Shown one piece after another: positions 1 to 7,516 of a stretch of 47,724 nt of DNA (positions are counted from its first letter, which is position 1; every line of letters begins with the position of its first letter). The translations under genes and the position numbers were made by a program. The notes under the pieces are model-generated. The model was not told the DNA's origin, did not search any database, and worked only from the letters and a program-made list of their open reading frames with translations. This DNA comes from Deinococcales bacterium (GTDB lineage: Bacteria; Deinococcota; Deinococci; Deinococcales; JAAFIG01): the NCBI GenBank assembly GCA_031414595.1, contig JANNVX010000051.1, forward strand, positions 1-47,724, written 5' to 3'.

Positions 1-126
1 TAAAGATGCCGATTCTCGAGTTTTATCGCCCTTAAAAAAGAAACGCTAAAACGAGTTTTATCTCGTCAACAACAACCACACTGTCAAAGAACTCGCTCGC
101 ATTCGAGATGGTCTCGAACGAAGCGA
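1..126 (-). promoter_or_regulatory. Probable rRNA operon leader with boxB-like hairpin and boxA antiterminator; the rRNA gene would lie outside the window
   Basis: Downstream of the promoter: hairpin TTCGAGA-cca-TCTCGAA (118-102), then GAGTTCTTTGACAG (94-81) resembling rrn boxA. No ORF. The minus strand ends ...CTTTA at the edge, compatible with sequence just before a 16S 5' end (inference). Confidence 0.65.
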
Positions 127-131
127 CAAAG

Positions 132-160
132 AATGTATCACTCGAGAAGACTTGTGTCAA
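132..160 (-). promoter_or_regulatory. Strong sigma70-type promoter (probable rRNA operon promoter) firing out of the left edge
   Basis: Minus strand reads TTGACA (160-155), a 17-nt spacer, then TG-a-TACATT (137-132): a perfect -35 with an extended -10. Confidence 0.85.
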
Positions 161-361
161 CAGGTACGGGATAGGCTCGAGAAACGATAGGATTTCACGT
201 CAGAGACAGTATAAAACAGAATTATAAGTCCAAGAAAACTAAAAAAAGATGCTGTGTGAACTCGAGTATAAAGAAAAAAATGGCTCGAGATAAAAAGACT
301 CGAGCAACACACAAGTACAACGTTACAGACAACAGTAAATATAAAAAGAAGCAATCGGGAA

Positions 362-404
362 GCCCCTCATCAGCCTTCGGCAGCTTCTCCCACAAGGGGA
401 GAAG
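362..404 (+). repeat. REP-like palindromic element of the CCCTCATC...CTTCTCCC-loop-GGGAGAAG type
   Basis: CCCCTCATCAGCCTTCGGCAGCTTCTCCC-ACAAG-GGGAGAAG, with an 8-bp stem at 384-391/397-404. Resembles a widespread intergenic repeat family. Confidence 0.6.
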
Positions 405-464
405 CGCTCTTAAGGACATGGGTGCGGATGGGTGATTGACGGTAAAAAACGTTAGACTCTAAAA

Positions 465-902
465 ATGCCAGTTCTCGAGCATTCAACGACAGAGTTTTTA
501 GAGCATTTTAAGGCTTATGCTGCCCGCGTTTTTTTGTATCCTCAAATAGAGGCTTCGCCGCTTCTCGAGGCTCGGGTTGGTGGGCGGGTTGTGTACTTGT
601 TTGACCGAACGGGTCCTTATAGTGCGGCTAATGGTGAGGCACTGATGATTGTCAATCCGATGGTGGATAGCCTGAGCATGGCAGAAACCCAAGAAGCCGA
701 TTTGAATGTGCTGGGGATTTCTAGACTCGATGGCGTTGGGCGGGTCGTGGCGGTTGAACCAAACCATGTGGTCTTGGAGGCTCGAGCGCTTTTGGTGATT
801 GGGGTGCTGGATGATTCTTGGCGCAAAGTTAAAGTTGGTGATTGGGTTGAGTTCTCGAGTCTCGAGCCAGTTCATGGTTTTTTTGTGAAAAGCATTCGTT
901 AA
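465..902 (+). CDS. Hypothetical protein (145 aa)
   Basis: ATG is preceded by a TAGACT -10 box at 6 nt (leaderless pattern). Protein-like composition, no family recognised. Confidence 0.75.
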   Translation: MPVLEHSTTEFLEHFKAYAARVFLYPQIEASPLLEARVGGRVVYLFDRTGPYSAANGEALMIVNPMVDSLSMAETQEADLNVLGISRLDGVGRVVAVEPNHVVLEARALLVIGVLDDSWRKVKVGDWVEFSSLEPVHGFFVKSIR

Positions 903-955
903 ATTTCTAAAGCCCTTCACAGGCTGTTCTAGGTTGTGTCAGAATAGGGCTTAAG

Positions 956-2629
956 ATGCAATGCCCGACGTGTGCTGAGCCTGTCAAAGCAGGGTGGCGT
1001 TTTTGCCCTGCTTGTGGTGCGATGCTGATGCCAGACCGCGCTCAGGAGCAACGTCGTGTGGCGGTCTTGTTTGTGGATTTGGTTGCCAGTACCAAATTAG
1101 CCAAGAGTCATGGCAGCGAAGAGTATTTTGATTTGATGGGCGAGATTTTAACTGTGCTGGCGGGTGAAATTGAAGCGCTGGATGGACATGTGGTGCAGTT
1201 TCAAGGCGACGCAGTGTTGGCAGCTTTTGGTTTAACCAAAACCCATCCCGATGATGCTGTCCGAGCATTGCGGGCTGCTAGGTCTTGCTTAAGTGCGATT
1301 GAAGCCTATGGTACTCGAGTGGGTTTAGAACTTGAAGGACGGGCTGGAATTGACACCGATATTGCCACCACAGGTTGGGTTGGTAAAGAACTCACACTTT
1401 TTGGCAATGTGGTCAATTTATCAAGGCGTTTGTCGAGTGCGGCTGAACCGGGTGAAGTGCTGGTTTCGGAGCGCATCCGTGATGTCGCCCGAAGCCAAGC
1501 CCAATTTATGTTGGCGCACAGCCGCGTGATTCGTGATTACAGCGAAGAACGTGGTCCATACCGCTTGGTTAATTTTAAGATTGCCAAAAATAATGCGGTG
1601 CAAACACCGTTTCAAGGTAGACGCAACGAAATGCGCTGGCTCGAGAATCTATGGAGTCAAGCCCAGCAAGTCGGTTTGGTAGAAGCTCAGATTGTTGGGG
1701 CAACGGGCGTGGGTAAAAGCCGCTTATTGCAAGAATTTACCCAACGCCTCGAGCAAGAAGCCCGTTGTATTACGCTTCATGCCAAGCAAAAACTTGAAAA
1801 CGATGCACTTGAACGCCTGAGCGAACATGAAGCACTGGTGATTGTTCTCGAGAATGCTGAGCAATTTTCAGATGATGTTCTGGCAAAATTACTGATGCCC
1901 AGCCCTAAACCGCGCTTGGTTTTGCATCATCGGCGCAGTTTAAGATTGCCACAAACTGGAGCAGTACCAATGGAGAGTCTGCGCTTAAATGGCTTTGGGT
2001 TCATTGAAGCTCGGGCTTTACTCGAAAGCCTTGGCGGTCCACAACCGATTAGTCTGGTACAACGTTGGTTGGAAATCTCGGCGGGTAATCCGTGGTTGCT
2101 CGAGCGCCTTGGACGCACCACCCAAGAACCCAATTTCCAAGCCGATGCGCCTCAGTTGCCCGACAGTATCTCGAGGGCGGTGCTTGAACGGCTTGACGAA
2201 TTGCCACGCTCGGCTCGGGAAACATTATCAGCCGCCGCACTTTTTTCCGATGGGGTTTTTGCTGGCGCATTAGAAGCCATTTTGAACCGCGAAGTCAGCA
2301 GTGACATTGAAAAAATGGTGCTTGGTGGCTGGCTAACCGAATTATCACCAAGTGCGATTGTTGGTGAAACCGAATTTGTGTTCTCACTACCGATTGTGCG
2401 ACAAATCGCCACGACCCTAACCCCATTAAAAGGCAAGAAGCTACTGCACTTTGGTTTAGCCGTCTGGTTTCTCGAGCGAGATGCCAATAAAGCCCGTAAC
2501 CACATGCGTTTATCTAACGAAGTCACCCCTTCACGGGTACGGATGGTCAAGCACCGTTCGACCCAAAGCCTAGACCAAGCAGTACAACTCGAGCGCTCAG
2601 AGGCAGTTCAATCAGAGCTTCCCAAATGA
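956..2629 (+). CDS. Zinc-ribbon + class III nucleotide cyclase + P-loop ATPase domain protein
   Basis: N-terminal CPTC...CPAC; cyclase motifs LFVDLVAST, GDAVLAAFG, GNVVNLSRRL; FQGRRNE followed by Walker A GATGVGKS. Confidence 0.85.
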   Translation: MQCPTCAEPVKAGWRFCPACGAMLMPDRAQEQRRVAVLFVDLVASTKLAKSHGSEEYFDLMGEILTVLAGEIEALDGHVVQFQGDAVLAAFGLTKTHPDDAVRALRAARSCLSAIEAYGTRVGLELEGRAGIDTDIATTGWVGKELTLFGNVVNLSRRLSSAAEPGEVLVSERIRDVARSQAQFMLAHSRVIRDYSEERGPYRLVNFKIAKNNAVQTPFQGRRNEMRWLENLWSQAQQVGLVEAQIVGATGVGKSRLLQEFTQRLEQEARCITLHAKQKLENDALERLSEHEALVIVLENAEQFSDDVLAKLLMPSPKPRLVLHHRRSLRLPQTGAVPMESLRLNGFGFIEARALLESLGGPQPISLVQRWLEISAGNPWLLERLGRTTQEPNFQADAPQLPDSISRAVLERLDELPRSARETLSAAALFSDGVFAGALEAILNREVSSDIEKMVLGGWLTELSPSAIVGETEFVFSLPIVRQIATTLTPLKGKKLLHFGLAVWFLERDANKARNHMRLSNEVTPSRVRMVKHRSTQSLDQAVQLERSEAVQSELPK

Positions 2630-3166
2630 GACAACCCAGTATTTTTTGCCATTGTCTGGCACAGTCACAATGGCTGCACCATAACGGTTAAAGTCAGTAT
2701 CCATAAAGACTTGGCAGTGTCCGACGGTACTGTTAATCCAAGCAGTAATCACAGTGCTGGTCTCGGTGAATTCAAATGCCATGATTTCACCTAAGCTCGA
2801 GCCGTTAAATCCTGCGCTTTTGGCTCGAGTGAGAACCGTGCCATCACCCGCGCCATTGTGTGGGTCTGAAGGCATCGCGGTTTTATGATTTTTTGCCATA
2901 AAATCGGCGTGATTATGGGCGGCTTTTTGTAATTGCGTATCCAAGACCAAACTAGGTGATGGTGTCGTAAAATTCTTGGCGGGGAATTGCGAACCTGATG
3001 CCGCACAGTTAATCGGTGTGCCACCCGAAGCGCTTTGGCGTTTTGTATTGATTGCATCGTAAAAAGGCGTATTGGCTTCATTGGTCAGGGTTGGCACATA
3101 AGGCGGACTTGGACAAGCCACCAACAAAGAACCCAAGACCAAAGCTAAACCAATCAATTTTTTCAT
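2612..3166 (-). CDS. CAP/SCP-domain lipoprotein
   Basis: Start moved to MKKLIG (TACACT box 6 nt upstream). Lipobox LVAC; CAP motifs LQKAAHNHADFMA, GEIMA, WINSTVGHC. Confidence 0.85.
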   Translation of the reverse strand: MKKLIGLALVLGSLLVACPSPPYVPTLTNEANTPFYDAINTKRQSASGGTPINCAASGSQFPAKNFTTPSPSLVLDTQLQKAAHNHADFMAKNHKTAMPSDPHNGAGDGTVLTRAKSAGFNGSSLGEIMAFEFTETSTVITAWINSTVGHCQVFMDTDFNRYGAAIVTVPDNGKKYWVVSFGKL

Positions 3167-3281
3167 GCTTTTAGTGTACATCCAAAATAAGTTTTAAGCT
3201 CGAGTCAGTAAATCTTCACGTTATCAACGATACCAAGCCCATTTTGAAACTCAAGCGCAAAGATTCGCGTAAAGTATAAGT

Positions 3282-5135
3282 ATGAAAGCCTCGAGCCTAA
3301 CCTACGGAATTATTGGTGCGATTGCCTGTGTGATTGGTGCAATTTTATTTGAAGTCCTTTTTCCTGCCACCGCTAATAACGCCCCAGAAAACAATAAAGT
3401 CGCCGTGGCACTGCTGATAGACACAAGCGGCAGCATGGAGCAAGAAGGCAAGCTCGAGGAGGTCAAACGGGCAGCTTCTGATTATGTGGCTGGGCAGAAT
3501 CTCGAGACCAACACGCTATTAGAAGGCATGAGCATTAACCGTTTCTCGAGTGATGCCAGTACGGTTTCCTTATTTTCTAAAGACACAGGTCGACACTTAA
3601 ATACCATCGGTCAATTTGTAGCCAACGGTGCAACCGAAATGGCATCTGGTTTAGAAACTGCCGCCCAGTCTTTAGGCGCAGCCGAACTTGGTACAAGCCG
3701 CGTGATTTTACTGTTTACCGATGGTCAACCGGGTTCTAACATCGAACCTGCGGAGGTGGCTAAGCCACGCACCCTGACAACCGCCAATAGTTTACGCGCC
3801 TCTGGCTACCGCATTGTGGCAGTTGGCACAGTGGATGCTGACATTGGTTTTTTGCAAACCCTGACAGGCGACCCAAGTCTGGTTTTTCCGACCAGTTCTG
3901 GTAATTTTGCAGCAGCCTTTAGTAAAGCCGATGCCAAAATCCGTAATCTCTTCTCGAGTGGCGCAGGAGGAAACCGCAACTTTGCCGATGCGCTGATTTT
4001 AGGGGCTTTGGTGACGCTCTTTCTTGGTGCGGCGCTCTTAATTGCCGAGAACACCCTTGGTTTACGTGGACGTTGGTGGCGTGACCTCCTCTGGGTGATT
4101 CCCGCCAGTGCGCTTCTTGGGGTTGGTGGAGCGCTTCTAGGGCAGGTGCTTTTTGCTATTTTTGGTGATGGCGCTCGGGTGATTGGCTGGGCAGTGGTTG
4201 GCACGATTGCGGGTGGGGTGCTTGGCTTGGCAGACCGTTCTCAAGCCAAAGCCATTCGTGGGGCAATTGGCGGCACGGTTGGCGGTGTGGTTGGTGGACT
4301 GGTTTTTAGTCTGTTGGGTGGGGCATTCTCGAGTGGGGCGCTTGAATTACTCGGGCGTTTACTTGGTTTTGCCGCATTGGGCTTTGCAGTTGGTTTAATG
4401 TTGCAACTTGTGCAACAAGCCTTAAAAACCGCTTGGCTGACTGGAATTACCACAGGGTCATACGAGGGCAAGCAGTACATTCTGGGTAAACCCGTGGTGA
4501 CTGTCGGGCGCTCCGATGGCAACGACATTGGCTTGTACCGCGAGAAAAACTTGGCACTAAACCTTGGTACATTTAACTTTAATGCTGGGCGTTGGATGTA
4601 CAACGGCGAGGCTGTGCTGGTCAATGGCAACAGTCTCTCGAGTGCCGCTTTGGTCAATGGTGACACAATTAAATTTGGCGGCACAGAATTCTTGTTTGAA
4701 ACCAAAGATGGAGGCGGTGCGCCGAGGACAGAAGAAGAAATCCCAGAGGCTCGAGTTATTCCCATTCCAGAAATTCCAGTAGTTGCTCCAATCCCAGAGG
4801 CTCGAGTGACACCTATGATTCCAGAAGCTCGAGTTATACCCATTCCAAAAGCCCTCGAGTATTGGAAATTACGCGGAGCAGAAACCCTCGAGTTACCTTT
4901 TGGCACAGTCACACTTGGACGTGGTGAAGAGAATCAAATTGTGATTCATGACCCCAGCATCAGTGGGGAACATGCTCGGCTTGAGGCTCGCGCTGAAAGC
5001 CTGAGCATCACCGATTTGGGCAGCACCAATGGTACTTTTGTCAACCGACGGCAGTTGTCCGAAAATGAAACTGCCCAACTGACCGAAGGCATGAGTTTAA
5101 CGCTTGGTGCGGTGGAGTTCCGCGTCTCGAGATGA
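3282..5135 (+). CDS. vWA domain + multi-TM region + two FHA domains
   Basis: MIDAS motif LLIDTSGSM and LFTDGQP; Gly-rich TM helices; FHA motifs VTVGRS..NDI, then TLGRGEEN, SGEHA, DLGSTNGTFVN. Confidence 0.88.
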   Translation: MKASSLTYGIIGAIACVIGAILFEVLFPATANNAPENNKVAVALLIDTSGSMEQEGKLEEVKRAASDYVAGQNLETNTLLEGMSINRFSSDASTVSLFSKDTGRHLNTIGQFVANGATEMASGLETAAQSLGAAELGTSRVILLFTDGQPGSNIEPAEVAKPRTLTTANSLRASGYRIVAVGTVDADIGFLQTLTGDPSLVFPTSSGNFAAAFSKADAKIRNLFSSGAGGNRNFADALILGALVTLFLGAALLIAENTLGLRGRWWRDLLWVIPASALLGVGGALLGQVLFAIFGDGARVIGWAVVGTIAGGVLGLADRSQAKAIRGAIGGTVGGVVGGLVFSLLGGAFSSGALELLGRLLGFAALGFAVGLMLQLVQQALKTAWLTGITTGSYEGKQYILGKPVVTVGRSDGNDIGLYREKNLALNLGTFNFNAGRWMYNGEAVLVNGNSLSSAALVNGDTIKFGGTEFLFETKDGGGAPRTEEEIPEARVIPIPEIPVVAPIPEARVTPMIPEARVIPIPKALEYWKLRGAETLELPFGTVTLGRGEENQIVIHDPSISGEHARLEARAESLSITDLGSTNGTFVNRRQLSENETAQLTEGMSLTLGAVEFRVSR

Positions 5136-6322
5136 CAAACCACGGACGACTTGAGCCGATGACTTATGAAACTGCGCTTGAATGGTTGTTTGCTCGGACT
5201 CGAGCCGGTGATGTGCGTTCTGGGATTCGCACCAGCGTTTTACTCGAGCAACGCGGGCATCCGCAAAAGACATTTAAGACGATTCATGTAATTGGTACAA
5301 ATGGCAAAGGTAGCACTTGTGCGATGTTAGCGGCTGGTTTGCAAGCCAGTGGTCTAAAAGTCGGGCGTTTTACCTCGCCGCATTTAGAAGATTACCGTGA
5401 ACGAATTGAAGTAAATGGGCAACGGATTCCCAAAGAAACTGTTCTCGAGTTTATAGAGTGGGCGCAAATTCATACAACCGATGCAGCTTTTTTTGATTTA
5501 ACCCTTGTCATGGCACTCGAGTATTTTCGCCAAGCAGCAGTAGATTTGGCAGTCATTGAAGCTGGCGTGGGCGCTCGACATGATGCCACCTCGAGTATTG
5601 AGCATGTACAAGCCACCATCATCACGAACATAGACCTTGACCATGAAGCCACGATTGGGATTGGTAACTACCCAACTGTCCTTGAGAACATCGCTTGGGA
5701 AAAAGCAGGAGGGATTCGCTTCGGAGTTCCAGTTCTAACTGCCGCAAAAGGTAAAGCATTAGAGGTCATTTGTACCGTGGCTCGAGAAAAAAATGCACCT
5801 CTGCACATTCTTTCAGACTCAGCTTTATTTGCCTTACCTCATGCCCCACTACTACAAGGCAGACATCAACTCGAGAATGCGGCTTTGGCAGTAGGCTGTT
5901 TACGATTACTTGGGTATTCGGAAAACACTGTTGAAGCCGCGCTTGGTGCTTCTTGGGCTGGGCGACTCGAGACCATCCAAGTTGACGAAACCCAATTTAT
6001 ACTTGATGGGGCGCACAATCCATCTGGCGCTCATGCCTTAGCAGCAAGTTTAGCTGGACAAAAATTCAGTCTCATTTTTGCTGCCATGAGCCGCAAGCGT
6101 GTCCCAGAAATTCTCGAGCCTTTACTGGAACTCAGCACCGAACTGCATTTTGTCTCGGTCAGTCCGCAAGGGGTTGACCCACTCGAGTTAGCCCGAAGCT
6201 ATGGTGGCACGGCACACCCCAGTCTCGAGGTAGCACTACAAGCAGTAGCATCTCGAGAAAAGGTCTTAATTGCTGGTTCGCTGTATTTGGTTGGTGCGGC
6301 TCGAGCTTATTTATTACAATAG
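5132..6322 (+). CDS. folC: Bifunctional folylpolyglutamate synthase/dihydrofolate synthase
   Basis: IHVIGTNGKGST, FTSPHL, EAGVGARHDAT, LDGAHNP, GSLYLVG. True start may be the ATG at 5159. Confidence 0.95.
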   Translation: MTNHGRLEPMTYETALEWLFARTRAGDVRSGIRTSVLLEQRGHPQKTFKTIHVIGTNGKGSTCAMLAAGLQASGLKVGRFTSPHLEDYRERIEVNGQRIPKETVLEFIEWAQIHTTDAAFFDLTLVMALEYFRQAAVDLAVIEAGVGARHDATSSIEHVQATIITNIDLDHEATIGIGNYPTVLENIAWEKAGGIRFGVPVLTAAKGKALEVICTVAREKNAPLHILSDSALFALPHAPLLQGRHQLENAALAVGCLRLLGYSENTVEAALGASWAGRLETIQVDETQFILDGAHNPSGAHALAASLAGQKFSLIFAAMSRKRVPEILEPLLELSTELHFVSVSPQGVDPLELARSYGGTAHPSLEVALQAVASREKVLIAGSLYLVGAARAYLLQ

Positions 6323-6513
6323 GGCAACCGTCAAAGTTTGAGTTTACGCCCAATTTACGCCCTATCTTGTACTATCTGTTCATGTCTTGGAAAAATGGCG
6401 ATTTGCTCATGGGTTTCTCGAAATCTCAGGCTTGGCTATCCTAAGTCGGATTGAGACGCAATTGAGACGTTTTTGTACTAGACTGTAGTAGAAATTTCAA
6501 TTTAGGGGGCGGT

Positions 6514-6921
6514 ATGGGTAGAATTCGGTTTATTTTGGTCTTGTTGGTTTTGGGTGGTTTTGGACTCTCGCAACTCGGTTCGGTCAGTGCTTTTGGCAGT
6601 TATCGCGAACAGGTGGTGAAGCAATTTAAGCTCACCAACAACCGTATTGGCTGTACCTATTGTCATGTCAGCGCCGACGGTGGTGCGCCGTGGAATTCCT
6701 TTGGACAACGGGTTCAAAATAATTTATCGGGTGACATCAGCAAAGCCCTATTTGATACTCTGTCCGAGAAAAAAGATTCTGATGGCGATGGTTACTTAGA
6801 CATGCTCGAGGTCTTTGCGGGGACATTACCGGGCAACAAAGACAGCGCTCCATTGGTTGTGGCAACTGCCTTGAATACTACTTTTGAAAAAGCTGGTGGC
6901 TTGGATCAGTACAAACCATAA
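6514..6921 (+). CDS. Small exported protein with one c-type heme motif and a DxDxDG Ca-binding-like loop
   Basis: Signal peptide; CTYCH; WNSFG; DSDGDGYLDMLEVFAGTLPG. Confidence 0.8.
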   Translation: MGRIRFILVLLVLGGFGLSQLGSVSAFGSYREQVVKQFKLTNNRIGCTYCHVSADGGAPWNSFGQRVQNNLSGDISKALFDTLSEKKDSDGDGYLDMLEVFAGTLPGNKDSAPLVVATALNTTFEKAGGLDQYKP

Positions 6922-7011
6922 CCGGTAGTTATTACGTAGACACTTAATGAGCATTCTCAAAGCTGTTTTATAAATCAAACCAACCCGCTAGAAGCTATTT
7001 CGGAGGTCATT

Positions 7012-7446
7012 ATGAAGTTACTCGAGAAGTTCGTTATCGCGGCACTTTCCCTAGGTTTTGCGGCTTGCGCTCCCGCCGCTGTGGATGGCAAACAAGTTGC
7101 CCTCTCGAGCCTGAACACTTTTGCCGATGGCTCTGCCAGCACCGCTAAAGGTGTGGCAACACTGGTTGCCCAGACCGATGGGAAAACCAAAATTGTTGTT
7201 GCAGTAACAGGTCTGACCAAAAGCACCAATCATATTGGACATGTCCATAACGGTGCATGTGCTGCCCAAGGTCCTGTGGCTCTGGTGTTGTTGCGCCTTT
7301 CTGCCGATGCCAATGGCAACGCCACTGCCGAAACAACCGTAGACACCGCCAAATTAACAGGTAGCCAATATGTCCAGTATCACCAACGCGATACTGGCGC
7401 AGAGGGTGGAATTGGCGGCGGAATTATTTGCGGAGATATTAAGTAA
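7012..7446 (+). CDS. Cu/Zn-SOD-like or CHRD-like fold lipoprotein
   Basis: RBS GGAGG; lipobox FAAC; HIGHVHNGAC, YVQYH and C-terminal ICGDI typical of SOD-like small proteins. The full Zn-ligand set is not evident. Confidence 0.7.
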   Translation: MKLLEKFVIAALSLGFAACAPAAVDGKQVALSSLNTFADGSASTAKGVATLVAQTDGKTKIVVAVTGLTKSTNHIGHVHNGACAAQGPVALVLLRLSADANGNATAETTVDTAKLTGSQYVQYHQRDTGAEGGIGGGIICGDIK

Positions 7447-7460
7447 TTAAGATAAAAAAA

Positions 7461-7492
7461 GGAGGAGGAAAAACTGCTGTTGTTCCTCCTTC
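7461..7492 (+). terminator. Intergenic stem-loop (terminator or mRNA-stabilising)
   Basis: GGAGGAGGAA...TTCCTCCTTC inverted repeat between two co-oriented genes. Confidence 0.45.
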
Positions 7493-7516
7493 TTCCATAG
7501 CTCTTAAAGGAGTTTT

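Noticed and set aside
157-419. Two 65-aa minus-strand ORFs
   Set aside because: They are low-complexity translations of the A-rich promoter-upstream region and a REP-like element.
7012-7446. Assigning the symbol sodC
   Set aside because: Only part of the metal-ligand set is recognisable, so SOD activity is unsupported.
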